64,000 bases of DNA from [Candidatus Thermochlorobacteriaceae] bacterium GBChlB. GTDB taxonomy: Bacteria > Bacteroidota > Chlorobiia > Chlorobiales > Thermochlorobacteraceae. The notes below the pieces were generated by a model. It was not told where the DNA came from, made no database searches, and saw only the letters and a list, made by a program, of their open reading frames with translations. The stretch covers positions 15,647-79,646 of the forward strand of contig JPGV01000018.1 in NCBI GenBank assembly GCA_000724175.1. The letters run 5' to 3'. Position numbers and translations under genes: made by a program. Positions 45,552 to 55,759 of the stretch are shown one piece after another (the stretch's first letter is position 1; each line of letters begins with the position of its first letter).

Positions 45552-46091
45552 ATGGCAGAGCAAGAGCCTTTGGTGAAGATTAAGACGTCGAGCCTGGCAG
45601 TTGGAACGCACAAGTTTCTCTTTCAGTGCAGCGCCGCCGACTTTCACGATGCTGAAATCACCACTGCGCGATTTCCGAATCCGATTACCGTGCGCGTGCT
45701 TTTGACGAAAACCGCTTCGGAGTTACTCGCTGAGTTTTCCGTCGAGACTACGGCCGTCTTTGAGTGCGACCGATGTTTAAAGCCGCTTCAAAAAGACATT
45801 GTGGGAAAATTCCGCGTGCTCTTTACGCCGAAAGCCGTGCATCATCACGGCAAAGCGGACGCTGCGCTGGTCGAGGACGAGACGCGCACCATTGGCCGAA
45901 ACGATACAGAGATTGACCTGACGAATGATGTGCGCGATACAGTAGTGCTTGCTGTGCCAATAAAAAATGTATGCGACCCTGAATGTGAGGCGAGTGTCGC
46001 GCAGAAGGAATTTTTGCACCGCGTTGTTCCAGAAGAAAGCGAGTGGCAACGCAAGTTGCGCGAACTCAATCAAAAATTTCAATCAAACTAA
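45552..46091 (+). CDS. yceD: DUF177/YceD-family protein (large-subunit rRNA accumulation protein)
   Basis: 179 aa with a CDRCL...C-x-x-x-C Cys pattern ([13 protein letters not shown]). It sits in the conserved position upstream of rpmF. Confidence 0.75.
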   Translation: MAEQEPLVKIKTSSLAVGTHKFLFQCSAADFHDAEITTARFPNPITVRVLLTKTASELLAEFSVETTAVFECDRCLKPLQKDIVGKFRVLFTPKAVHHHGKADAALVEDETRTIGRNDTEIDLTNDVRDTVVLAVPIKNVCDPECEASVAQKEFLHRVVPEESEWQRKLRELNQKFQSN

Positions 46092-46117
46092 CTGCGCTGC
46101 TTATAGCGCCTTGGACT

Positions 46118-46318
46118 ATGCCGAATCCGAAACGCAAGATGTCGAAAACGCGCCGCGACAAACGCCGCGCCCAATTCAACGCCAGAACGGTCGCTGCAAC
46201 GATGACGGTCTGCCCGAACTGCGGCACAACCACTATGATGCACCGTGCCTGCCACAACTGCGGATACTATCGTGGCAGAATCGTGCTGAAAAAAGAAGAG
46301 AAGCCCGCCGCTGAATAA
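46118..46318 (+). CDS. rpmF: 50S ribosomal protein L32
   Basis: [19 protein letters not shown]...CPNCG...CHNCGYY. Start at the internal ATG 46118. Confidence 0.9.
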   Translation: MPNPKRKMSKTRRDKRRAQFNARTVAATMTVCPNCGTTTMMHRACHNCGYYRGRIVLKKEEKPAAE

Positions 46319-46483
46319 CTTGGTTTGACTGGGCAACGAAATTTTTTTCGCCAAAGCGCGTTCATAGTCCGTGTCTTGTCGTAAATTTGCTCCGCCGATG
46401 CAAGCCGCTCATGACGTCGAGCAAGCACCTGCGGCGATAAAATCAACGGAATCTCTTAGCAAAACCATAACTATTTGCGTGAT

Positions 46484-47512
46484 ATGAGAATCGTTCTCGA
46501 TGCGATGGGCGGCGATTTTGCGCCTAAAAACCAAGTGGAAGGGGCTGTTATGGCGGCGCGTAACAACTCCGACTTACAACTAACTCTCATTGGGCAGCTT
46601 GAAAAAATTGAGCCGATACTCGCACAGCATAATACCACAGGGCTGAACATCACACTGGTCGACGCGCCTGAGGTCATTGATATGCACGACTCTGGTGCGA
46701 CGGCTGTTAAGTCCAAACCAAATTCCTCTATTGTGCGTGGGCTTTCAATGTGCAAGGAGGGCGCAGCGGATGCCTTTGTCAGTCAAGGCAATACAGGTGC
46801 GGTTATGGCGGCGTCGCTCTTGATTTTAGGACGAGTCGAAGGCGTGCAGCGCCCGTGCATCGGCGCATATTTCCCCAGCCTGAAAAACCAAGTGATGGTC
46901 TTCGATACTGGTGCAAATCTGGATTCCAAACCCGAACAGCTTGTGCAGTTCGCCGAAATGGCAACGATTTTCGAGCGCTATATGCTTGGCGTCCAAACCC
47001 CAACGGTCGGCTTGCTCAACGTCGGCGAAGAAGAAACCAAAGGCAACGACACGCTCAAACAAACGCATAAACTTTTGCGCGATGCTGACGCAAGAGGGCA
47101 AATCAAATTCATCGGTAACATTGAGGGCAGAGATGTTTTCATCGGCGACACCAACATCGTTCTGTGCGACGGACTCATCGGAAACGTGGTTCTCAAACTC
47201 GGCGAAAGCATTCCAAATATCGTAGGCACGCTGATTATGCACGCGCTCAATAAACGGGTAGCGGATGGCAAACTTGCGCCCGATTCGGCAAAGCAGTTTA
47301 GCGGCATCTTGAAGGAGATTTTTCACGGGTTCAGCGACGAGCCACATGGCGGCGTGCCACTCTTGGGTGTCAACGGCATTTCTATCATTGGACACGGCAA
47401 CTCGTCGCCCGTCGCTGTGATGAACGCCATTTTCGCAGCCAAAAATATGTTCGAGAAGCGCGTGAACGACCATATCGCCGAGATGCTCAAAGCCGACGAA
47501 GTCAAGAACTAA
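46484..47512 (+). CDS. plsX: Phosphate acyltransferase PlsX
   Basis: MRIVLDAMGGDFAP...VSQGNTGAVMA...LLGVNGISIIGHGNSS. Confidence 0.9.
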   Translation: MRIVLDAMGGDFAPKNQVEGAVMAARNNSDLQLTLIGQLEKIEPILAQHNTTGLNITLVDAPEVIDMHDSGATAVKSKPNSSIVRGLSMCKEGAADAFVSQGNTGAVMAASLLILGRVEGVQRPCIGAYFPSLKNQVMVFDTGANLDSKPEQLVQFAEMATIFERYMLGVQTPTVGLLNVGEEETKGNDTLKQTHKLLRDADARGQIKFIGNIEGRDVFIGDTNIVLCDGLIGNVVLKLGESIPNIVGTLIMHALNKRVADGKLAPDSAKQFSGILKEIFHGFSDEPHGGVPLLGVNGISIIGHGNSSPVAVMNAIFAAKNMFEKRVNDHIAEMLKADEVKN

Positions 47513-47548
47513 CTCAATCGCGCTGCTCGACATAACACACAACAACGG

Positions 47549-48541
47549 ATGAAAGCTGCCATCACCGCAACTGGAAAATATCTCCCGCCCGATAAACTCA
47601 CGAACAAGGATTTCGAGAAAATCATTGACACTACCGACGAGTGGATTCAGTCGCGCACAGGCATCCGCGAGCGGCGCATTCTGAAAGACCCAACCAAAGC
47701 CACGGCATTCATGTGCGCGGAAGCCGCGAAAGAGGTTCTTGAGCGGCGTGGCGTCAGCGCAGAAGACATTGATTTAATCATCGTCGCCACCATTTCGCCC
47801 GATATGTTTTTTCCGTCGACGGCCTGTTTGGTGCAAGACCTCATCGGCGCGAAAAATGCGTGGGGATTCGACCTGTCGGGCGCATGTTCGGGGTTTCTAT
47901 ATGCGCTCGTTACGGGCGCAAAGTTTATTGAGACCGGCATGCACCAAAAAATTCTCGTTCTCGGCGGCGACAAAATGTCGACGATTGTCGATTATTCCGA
48001 CCGTAACAACTGCATTCTCTTCGGCGATGCGGCGGCAGGCGTCCTGCTCGAACCCGCCAAAGACGGCTACGGCGTGTTAGACGCGCGGCTTTACTCCGAT
48101 GGAACCGCCGGAAAAAACCACTTGTATATGCTCGGAAGCGGCAGTCTCAACCCGCCGACACACGACACGGTCGATAAAAAAATGCATTACCTTTTTCAGG
48201 ACGGCAAAGTTGTCTTTAAATCGGCAGTGATTGGCATGGCGGACGTGGCAGCAGAAATGATGACCCGAAACAGCCTGACCGCTGTTGATGTCGCTTACCT
48301 TGTCCCGCATCAAGCCAATTTGCGCATCATTGCCGCGACCGCAGAACGCATGGGCATCGGAATGGACAAAGTGGCGGTCAACATCGATAAATACGGCAAC
48401 ACGACCGCTGCCACTCTGCCGCTCTGTCTCGATGAACTCAATTTGGAGGGGAATCTCGCCGACGGTGATAACCTCATTCTCGTCAGCTACGGCGCTGGAT
48501 ACACTTGGGGCGGCGTTTTCGTAAAGTGGCAGTCGATTTGA
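47549..48541 (+). CDS. fabH: 3-oxoacyl-ACP synthase III
   Basis: Active-site ACSGF, plus HQAN and GNTTAATLP. Confidence 0.9.
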   Translation: MKAAITATGKYLPPDKLTNKDFEKIIDTTDEWIQSRTGIRERRILKDPTKATAFMCAEAAKEVLERRGVSAEDIDLIIVATISPDMFFPSTACLVQDLIGAKNAWGFDLSGACSGFLYALVTGAKFIETGMHQKILVLGGDKMSTIVDYSDRNNCILFGDAAAGVLLEPAKDGYGVLDARLYSDGTAGKNHLYMLGSGSLNPPTHDTVDKKMHYLFQDGKVVFKSAVIGMADVAAEMMTRNSLTAVDVAYLVPHQANLRIIAATAERMGIGMDKVAVNIDKYGNTTAATLPLCLDELNLEGNLADGDNLILVSYGAGYTWGGVFVKWQSI

Positions 48542-48780
48542 ACTTTTGGGATAAAAAATCGTAAATTGCAGTCCGCCTTGTTCTTTGATAGTCCCTGTGT
48601 TCTTTTGATGACCGTATGAAACCGATGGATGAACATGAATATGATGCACGATGAACAGGCGTTCCTGCGCTCCCAAACTTTAACGCCGCAGCAGTTTTGA
48701 GCGATGAATTTTACTTGTTTAACCGCCGAGACCGTTAATTAAACCAAGTTCACCTCGGAATCGGCAAAACAAATAAAATT

Positions 48781-49719
48781 ATGAAGAAGACCGCTCTCGT
48801 ATTTCCGGGACAAGGTTCTCAGTACTCTGGCATGGCTAAAGACCTGTGCCAATACCATACCGACTGCGCCGCACTGGCGCGTCAAGCCGACGAAATTCTC
48901 GGCTATTCCCTCACCAGCGTAATGTTTGACGGCGACGACGCCGTGCTGCGCCAAACGCGCTACACGCAGCCCGCCATCTTTTTGCACAGCATGCTTGCTG
49001 CACAGTTTATCGACCGCAGCGACGTGGCAATAACCGCTGGACACAGCCTGGGTGAATTTTCCGCTTTATGCTATTCAGGCGTTCTCTCATTTGAAGACGC
49101 ACTTTGTTTGGTCGCTAAACGCGGCGACTTAATGCAGCGCGCAGGCGAAACTGTTTCTGGCTCAATGGCCGCCATCGTCGGACTCGATGAGCCGCGCCTG
49201 AATGCGTTGCTCGCTGACGTCTCCGAGTTCGGGCTTATCCAAGCTGCTAACTTTAACAGCCCGGGACAAATTGTCATTTCGGGCGAGGTTGCGCCAATCA
49301 AGAAAGCCGTTGAGCTTGCAAAGAAACATGGCGCCAAACTCGCCAAAGAGTTATCCGTTTCAGGAGCATTCCACTCGCCATTGATGAAAGCCGCCGAAGC
49401 CGAATTTGCCGAAGCTATCGAGCGCGTCTCAATCCAAGACGCCGACATTCCCGTCTGTATGAACGTCAATGCGCAATTGACCGTCCGCGCCGATGACATC
49501 AAACGCAATATCGTTCTGCAACTGACGCGGCCAGTGCTCTGGCAGCAATCCATTGAAGCCATGATTGCCGCCGGCGTCAATGATTTTATTGAAGCGGGAC
49601 CGCAAAAAGTCTTACAAGGCTTGATTAAACGCATCAACGCTAGCGTGACGCTCGCAGGCATTGATACCGCCGCCGACGCAGAGCAAGTCGCCGATGCGTC
49701 AATGGAGAAAGCTGCGTAA
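48781..49719 (+). CDS. fabD: Malonyl-CoA:ACP transacylase
   Basis: [21 protein letters not shown] and SGAFHSPLM. Confidence 0.9.
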   Translation: MKKTALVFPGQGSQYSGMAKDLCQYHTDCAALARQADEILGYSLTSVMFDGDDAVLRQTRYTQPAIFLHSMLAAQFIDRSDVAITAGHSLGEFSALCYSGVLSFEDALCLVAKRGDLMQRAGETVSGSMAAIVGLDEPRLNALLADVSEFGLIQAANFNSPGQIVISGEVAPIKKAVELAKKHGAKLAKELSVSGAFHSPLMKAAEAEFAEAIERVSIQDADIPVCMNVNAQLTVRADDIKRNIVLQLTRPVLWQQSIEAMIAAGVNDFIEAGPQKVLQGLIKRINASVTLAGIDTAADAEQVADASMEKAA

Positions 49720-49721
49720 CG

Positions 49722-50471
49722 ATGACCATTGACCTTAGCGGAAAGGTTGCTTTGGTAACGGGCGGCACGCGCGGCATTGGCAGAGCCATCTGCAAAAAAC
49801 TCGCCGAAGCGAATTGCGCGGTCGCCTTTACCTACAAATCATCGGAAGATAAAGCTGTGGCACTTACAACTGAACTCGACGCGCTGGGACGAAAATCGCT
49901 CTCGATTCGCGCCGATGCAGCAAATTTCGCCGATGCACAGCGCGCCGTCGACCAAACCTTAGCAGCGTTTACACGGCTCGATATTTTGGTCAACAATGCG
50001 GGCATCACACGCGACACATTGCTGTTACGAATGAGTGAAGCGCAGTGGGACGATGTGATGCTGAACAACCTTAAAAGCGTTTTCAACTACACGAAGGCGG
50101 CGACAAAGCCGATGCTCTCGCAACGAAGCGGACGCATCATCAACATCACCTCGGTGATTGGACTGACAGGCAATGCGGGACAAGCCAACTACGCAGCCTC
50201 GAAAGCTGGTATGATTGGTTTTACAAAGTCCGCCGCTAAAGAACTTGCCTCGCGCAACATTCTGGTCAACGCTATTGCGCCCGGTTGGATTGACACGGAA
50301 ATGACCGACGCCTTAAATGATGAACAAAAAAAATCAATGGAGGCGCTCATTCCGCTCAAGCGAAGCGGAACAGCAGAAGACGTCGCCGATGCAGTGCTGT
50401 TTTTCAGCAGCAGTCTATCGGGATACATCACGGGTGAGACACTGCGCGTCGATGGCGGCATGGCGATGTAA
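49722..50471 (+). CDS. fabG: 3-oxoacyl-ACP reductase
   Basis: SDR motifs TGGTRGIG, NNAG and YAASKAG. Positioned between fabD and acpP. Confidence 0.9.
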   Translation: MTIDLSGKVALVTGGTRGIGRAICKKLAEANCAVAFTYKSSEDKAVALTTELDALGRKSLSIRADAANFADAQRAVDQTLAAFTRLDILVNNAGITRDTLLLRMSEAQWDDVMLNNLKSVFNYTKAATKPMLSQRSGRIINITSVIGLTGNAGQANYAASKAGMIGFTKSAAKELASRNILVNAIAPGWIDTEMTDALNDEQKKSMEALIPLKRSGTAEDVADAVLFFSSSLSGYITGETLRVDGGMAM

Positions 50472-50623
50472 CGCCGCCGGTGCATTTGGGCAAGAAAGAA
50501 TGCCTTGCGTATATTCGCCAAATTTTCTCGAATAGAGAATTTAAATCGCCAGGTGTTTTCGGAGCAATTCGAAACGATTTTTAAACTCAACTAACTTAAA
50601 AAACTCTTTTCTGAGGGGGAACA

Positions 50624-50866
50624 ATGTCGGCAGACGAAGTCAAAGACAAAGTATACAACATTATTGTCAGCAAGATGGGCGTCGCCCGCGAACAAATTAA
50701 AGACGAGGCGAAATTCACCGACGACTTGGGCGCGGATTCGCTCGATACGGTCGAGCTTGTGATGGAATTTGAGAACCAATTTGGCATTCAAATTCCCGAT
50801 GAAGACGCGGAAAAAATCGCAACGGTCAAGAACGCTGTCGATTACATTCTGGCCAAGAAAGCCTAA
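50624..50866 (+). CDS. acpP: Acyl carrier protein
   Basis: 80 aa with the phosphopantetheine site [13 protein letters not shown]. Confidence 0.95.
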   Translation: MSADEVKDKVYNIIVSKMGVAREQIKDEAKFTDDLGADSLDTVELVMEFENQFGIQIPDEDAEKIATVKNAVDYILAKKA

Positions 50867-51010
50867 CGGTTTTGTTTATTCATCTGTTTTATTGGCAAAC
50901 CCAATTTTGACAACTGCTGAAAGCGCGGGCGACAAAGTTGGGTTCTGTTTTTCACAGACGCGGGTTTTTTGACGGGAAAATTTGAAACAACCATTTTTAG
51001 AGGCAACAAC

Positions 51011-52264
51011 GTGGCAGCGAGACAAAAACAGCGCATCGTCGTTACGGGCATTGGCGCACTTACACCGATAGGCATTGGCAAAGAGGCATTTTGGAACGCC
51101 ATGATGGAAGGCAAAAGCGGTGCCGCGCGCATCACGCTTTACAACGCGGACGAGTGCGAGACGAAGTTTGCCTGCGAAGTAAAAAACTTCGACGCGGCGC
51201 AATTTATGGACAAAAAAAGTTCGCTGCGCATGGACAGGTTTTGTCAGTTTGGCGTAGCGGCGTCGGAACAAGCTATCAAAGATTCGGGCATTGCGCTTGA
51301 TAAAATCAATCGCGGGCGGTTCGGCGTAGTTTATGGGTCGGGCGTCGGCGGCATGATGATTTACGACAATCAATTCAGAACCTATATGAATGGCGGTGCT
51401 GACCGCATCAGCCCGTTCTTCATTCCAATGATGATTCCCGACATTGTCGCCGGGCACATCTCGATTCGAAACGGACTGCGCGGTCCGAACTACGCGACGG
51501 TTTCGGCGTGCGCCACATCGCTCAACGCGATTATCGATGCGTATATGATTTTGCAAATGGGCTACGCAGATATAATGGTCTGTGGTGGCTCGGAAGCCTC
51601 GGTAACGCCGATGGGCATCGGCGGGTTTAATGCCGCTCGCGCACTCTCGGTTAGAAACGATTCGCCTGAAACGGCATCGCGCCCTTACGATAAAGACCGC
51701 GACGGTTTCGTGATGGGCGAGGGCGCAGGCGCGCTGATTTTAGAGACGCTGCACTCTGCTGAATCGCGCGGCGCACACATCTACGGCGAACTCGTTGGTG
51801 TGGGAATGAGCGCGGACGCTTATCACATCACCGCGCCGCACCCCGACGGCGACGGCGTTACGCTCGTGATGAACAACGCGCTGCAAGATGCTGGCATCGC
51901 ACCTGAACAAATCGACTATATCAATACGCATGGCACATCAACGCCGCTCGGCGACGTCGCTGAACTGAACGCGGTGAAAAAAGTCTTCGGCGAACATACG
52001 CACAAGCTCAGCATTAGCTCGACGAAATCAATGGTAGGGCATTTGCTCGGCGCGGCTGGCGCAGTAGAGTCGGTCGCATGTTTGCTTGCGCTCGAGCATC
52101 AAATCGTGCCGCCGACGATTAACGTGTTCAATCAAGACGATGCAGTCGATGTCGATGTTACTGCAAATAAACCGAAGCCACGGAAAATCGAGTATGTCAT
52201 GAACAACGGCTTCGGCTTTGGCGGACACAATGCATCAATTATCTTTAAAAAATTTTCTGCTTAA
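51011..52264 (+). CDS. fabF: 3-oxoacyl-ACP synthase II
   Basis: [14 protein letters not shown], active-site SACATS, HGTSTP and GFGGHN. GTG 51011 is preferred; the track TTG start is 50969. Confidence 0.9.
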   Translation: MAARQKQRIVVTGIGALTPIGIGKEAFWNAMMEGKSGAARITLYNADECETKFACEVKNFDAAQFMDKKSSLRMDRFCQFGVAASEQAIKDSGIALDKINRGRFGVVYGSGVGGMMIYDNQFRTYMNGGADRISPFFIPMMIPDIVAGHISIRNGLRGPNYATVSACATSLNAIIDAYMILQMGYADIMVCGGSEASVTPMGIGGFNAARALSVRNDSPETASRPYDKDRDGFVMGEGAGALILETLHSAESRGAHIYGELVGVGMSADAYHITAPHPDGDGVTLVMNNALQDAGIAPEQIDYINTHGTSTPLGDVAELNAVKKVFGEHTHKLSISSTKSMVGHLLGAAGAVESVACLLALEHQIVPPTINVFNQDDAVDVDVTANKPKPRKIEYVMNNGFGFGGHNASIIFKKFSA

Positions 52265-52313
52265 AATCCATATGAGTTGACACTAAAAACCAACCATAAT
52301 TTTTGGGCGAGCG

Positions 52314-53117
52314 ATGATAATTTGGAAAAAGATTTACGATGTGCTGCTTAAATTTTTTAAGCCGAGGGTCTCGACTACGCCGCTTGATGAGGTATTGTCT
52401 TCGCTCAAAGCCAAGCTCGACAAGCTCACTGCCTATCCCATTCAAAACATTCTGCTATTTTCCATTGCACTCACGCATCGCTCTGCCGTTGATTTTATTG
52501 ATAAAGACGTGTTTCAATCTAACGAGCGGCTGGAATTTTTAGGCGACGCGGTTCTCGATTTGGTTGTCGCCGAGCATCTCTTTACACACTATCCCGATTT
52601 TGACGAGGGCAAGCTGACGAAACTGCGCTCACAAATTGTGAATGCAAAGACGCTCGCAGGACATGCACGCAGTCTTGGTATCGGCGGATTGATGATTGTG
52701 AGCGACTCGGCTGAGGCGATGGGCGTGCGGGAGAGCGATACAACGCTTTCTGATGCACTGGAAGCCCTGATTGGCGCGGTATATCTCGACGGCGGCTACG
52801 ACCGCGTCAAAACATTTATTCAAATACATCTGCTCGTCAAAACCAATTTTGAAGAACTGCTCAACACGGAACAAAATTACAAGAGCGTTTTGCTTGAATA
52901 CGCGCAGGCGAACCGAGTGGCGTTGCCAGTGTATAGCATTGTTTCGGAAGATGGTCCGTCGCACAAAAAAACGTTCACCGTATCAGTTCGTTTGGGCGAT
53001 GACGTGTTGGGGCAAGGGGTCGGCAAGAGCAAGAAAGTTGCCGAACAATCCGCCGCGCGCGAAGCCGTCGAGAAGTTACGCCTGCTCCGAAAAGCCCAAA
53101 CGACCGCTTCTATGTAG
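52314..53117 (+). CDS. rnc: Ribonuclease III
   Basis: Signature ERLEFLGDAVLDLVV and a C-terminal dsRBD (SHKKTFTVSVRLGDDVLGQGVGKSKKVAEQSAAREAV). It has a ~45-aa N-terminal extension, so the start may be later. Confidence 0.85.
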   Translation: MIIWKKIYDVLLKFFKPRVSTTPLDEVLSSLKAKLDKLTAYPIQNILLFSIALTHRSAVDFIDKDVFQSNERLEFLGDAVLDLVVAEHLFTHYPDFDEGKLTKLRSQIVNAKTLAGHARSLGIGGLMIVSDSAEAMGVRESDTTLSDALEALIGAVYLDGGYDRVKTFIQIHLLVKTNFEELLNTEQNYKSVLLEYAQANRVALPVYSIVSEDGPSHKKTFTVSVRLGDDVLGQGVGKSKKVAEQSAAREAVEKLRLLRKAQTTASM

Positions 53118-53327
53118 CGATAGTCGGGAATCTCGCTTTTATTTTTCGCGTGATTGCTTTAAACTCCCCGAAGCTATTAACAACGCGATTGAACAACAAC
53201 TATCGTTACGACGCTCACAGGTGATGGAACTATGCAACGCGCTGAAAAGCTGCCGAGAAAACCGTCGCCGATGAAAGCTGTCGTAACGCCATAATCGTGC
53301 TTACGCAATTTCCAAATAAGAACTTCA

Positions 53328-54671
53328 ATGTTGAAAAAATACACTACCCACGTTCTCTCCGTCGCGCTTTTCTCGACAGCCGCTCTTTGCCCGCCGATGC
53401 TTGCATTTACGAGCGACGACGATGCTCGCGCCCTTGAAAAACTTCGTGCCGAAGTGGATAAACGCGCTGCCGCCATTGAAAAAAAAGTAATCGCGTGGCG
53501 ACGCGACTTGCACGCGAACCCCGAACTCGGCAATCGAGAGTTTCGCACGGCGAAACTTGTAGCAGAGCATTTGAAGTCGCTTGGCTTAGAGGTAAGAACG
53601 GGCGTCGCGCATACAGGCGTCGTGGCGATTTTGAAAGGCGGAAAGCCCGGCGCCGTGGTTGCACTTCGCGCCGATATGGACGGCTTGCCTGTAACCGAAG
53701 AAACCGATGTGCCGTTTGCCTCGAAGGTTCGCACCAAATACAACGGGTTCGATGTCGGCACGATGCACGCTTGCGGACATGATTGCCACGTCTCGATTCT
53801 AATGGGCGTCGCGGAAATTTTGGCAGAAATGAAATCGGAACTGAGAGGCACGGTTAAATTCATCTTTCAACCTGCCGAAGAAGGCGCGCCCGAGGGCGAG
53901 GAAGGTGGCGCTGCCTTGATGCTCAAGGAAGGTGCATTTGAAAATCCAAAGCCAGAAGCCGTCTTCGGCTTGCATGTTTTTTCAGGGATTGAAACGGGGA
54001 AAATCTCCTATCGACCGGGCGCGCTGATGGCAAGTAGCGACTTCCTGCGCATTCTCGTGCGCGGGCGACAAACGCACGGCGCGCGTCCGTGGGGCGGCGT
54101 CGACCCGATTGTCCTAAGTTCACAAGTCGTGATGGGATTGCAAACCATTGAAAGCCGACAAGTCGATGTAACCAAAGAGCCGTCGATTGTAACCGTCGCC
54201 ACAATTCACGGCGGCGTGCGGAACAACATCATTCCCGATAGCGTCGAGATGACCGGCACCATTCGGGCGTTTGACGATAACATGCAAAATGACATTCACG
54301 AGCGCATCAAAACAACGGCAGAGAACATCGCCAAGAGCGGCGGTGGCAGCGCAATAGTTCAAATTAAACGCGGCTATCCTGTTACGGTCAATGATGCTGC
54401 ACTCGCTGAAAAAATGTTACCGACCTTGAAACGTGTGGCGGGTGACGCCAACGTGATGTATCCGGGACAAAAGACGACCGGCGCGGAAGATTTCTCGTAT
54501 TTTCAGCGTCAGGTTCCCGGGCTTTTCTTCTTTTTGGGCGTAACGCCGAAAGAAAATTTATCGACCGCCGCATCAAATCACTCGCCGAAATTTTATGTCG
54601 ATGAGTCAGCGCTTATCGTCGGCGTTAAGGCGCTGACAAACCTTGCCATTGATTACTTGGAGAAAAAGTGA
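53328..54671 (+). CDS. M20-family amidohydrolase (aminoacylase/hippurate-hydrolase type), exported
   Basis: Signal peptide, then WRRDLHANPELGNREF, RADMDGLP, MHACGHD and GAEDF. Confidence 0.8.
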   Translation: MLKKYTTHVLSVALFSTAALCPPMLAFTSDDDARALEKLRAEVDKRAAAIEKKVIAWRRDLHANPELGNREFRTAKLVAEHLKSLGLEVRTGVAHTGVVAILKGGKPGAVVALRADMDGLPVTEETDVPFASKVRTKYNGFDVGTMHACGHDCHVSILMGVAEILAEMKSELRGTVKFIFQPAEEGAPEGEEGGAALMLKEGAFENPKPEAVFGLHVFSGIETGKISYRPGALMASSDFLRILVRGRQTHGARPWGGVDPIVLSSQVVMGLQTIESRQVDVTKEPSIVTVATIHGGVRNNIIPDSVEMTGTIRAFDDNMQNDIHERIKTTAENIAKSGGGSAIVQIKRGYPVTVNDAALAEKMLPTLKRVAGDANVMYPGQKTTGAEDFSYFQRQVPGLFFFLGVTPKENLSTAASNHSPKFYVDESALIVGVKALTNLAIDYLEKK

Positions 54672-54682
54672 TGGGCAATGGG

Positions 54683-55534
54683 TCATCGCCGCTGTTTCAA
54701 GACACGCTCTAATTCCGAGTTCAGCCAGCGTGGGTCGTCGTCGAGAAAGTGCGAAGAGCGAAGGCGCGCACGCTTGACGAGATTGAAATCTATGACGGCA
54801 TCGAGCGCGGTTTCTTCAAAGCAAGGCGCTTTGCAAATCACTGCGCCATCGGGTGAGATAAGTTCCGAGCCGCCCCAATACGATAGCCCGTCCTCATTGC
54901 CCGTGCGATTGATAAACGCGACATAGACACTAAGAAGCATAGCGTAAGTGCGCGACATCATCGACCAGCCTTCGGCGATTTTGAGCTCGCCGCTTGTGAA
55001 ATCAATGCGAAGCGGGCTGTTCGACATGGAGAATATCACCTTTGCGCCCTGCGCCGCCAAAAGATACGGCACGCCTAAATGCCAATTGTCCTCGCAAATC
55101 GCGACGCCGACGCTGCCCAACCGTCTCGAGACAAACGGCTTTGCTTCAATGCCAGCGGAAAAATATCTCAGCTCTTCGAACATGCCGTAAGTTGGCAAAT
55201 AGATTTTTCGGTGGACGGACGTGCCGTTGCCGTCCTCGAAAAAAAATGCAGCGTTGTAGACACCGTAATCGTCGGAGAGTTCGACTGCACCGCAGAGAAT
55301 TGAAATATGGTTGCTCAGGTCTCGCAAGGGCTGTAGCGAAGGGTCGTGGATATGGACGGCAATGTCTTGCGCAGCGTCTTGAAGATTATATCCCGCAAGC
55401 GAGAGTTCTGGAAAAGCAATAAACTCAATGCCGTCGCGAATGGCTTGTTCAATGTACGCCACGTGCTTTTGCAGATTTTTGTCAAAATTGGCAAGCGTGC
55501 AATCGTGCTGTGCGAGTCGGAGTGTAACGCTCAT
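54683..55534 (-). CDS. Carbon-nitrogen hydrolase (nitrilase superfamily)
   Basis: Elements of the E-K-C catalytic triad are present: FPELSLAGY and VAICEDNWH. Confidence 0.75.
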   Translation of the reverse strand: MSVTLRLAQHDCTLANFDKNLQKHVAYIEQAIRDGIEFIAFPELSLAGYNLQDAAQDIAVHIHDPSLQPLRDLSNHISILCGAVELSDDYGVYNAAFFFEDGNGTSVHRKIYLPTYGMFEELRYFSAGIEAKPFVSRRLGSVGVAICEDNWHLGVPYLLAAQGAKVIFSMSNSPLRIDFTSGELKIAEGWSMMSRTYAMLLSVYVAFINRTGNEDGLSYWGGSELISPDGAVICKAPCFEETALDAVIDFNLVKRARLRSSHFLDDDPRWLNSELERVLKQRR

Positions 55535-55759
55535 TCAGTTGTTGTTGGCTGTTGAAGATTGGCAGCAAAGATACGAAAGTCCATACTCAATCGCTGCTAA
55601 CCTTGCTCGTCGCCTGTCGATCGTGCCGACTATCGTTGAAATTTTCCAAACAGCGTTTTCTGTTCTCCGCCAATAAGGGTATGTGACGGCATTGCTGGTG
55701 CGATTGTCATGCACTTCACGCAATAGATTGGCGTCCATCTTGGCAACGCAGAAAGCCGA

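Noticed and set aside
45221-45613. 130-aa minus-strand ORF spanning the xseB 3' end, the terminator and the tRNA-Asn gene.
   Set aside because: It reads straight through a perfectly folding tRNA and a bidirectional terminator, so it is an artefact of an open frame.
48629-48700. 23-codon Met-rich mini-ORF (MNMNMMHDEQAFLRSQTLTPQQF) in the fabH-fabD spacer as a real gene.
   Set aside because: It is too short, has no ribosome-binding signal or recognisable motif, and ATG-rich AT-rich spacers generate such frames by chance. It is mentioned only as part of the spacer observation.
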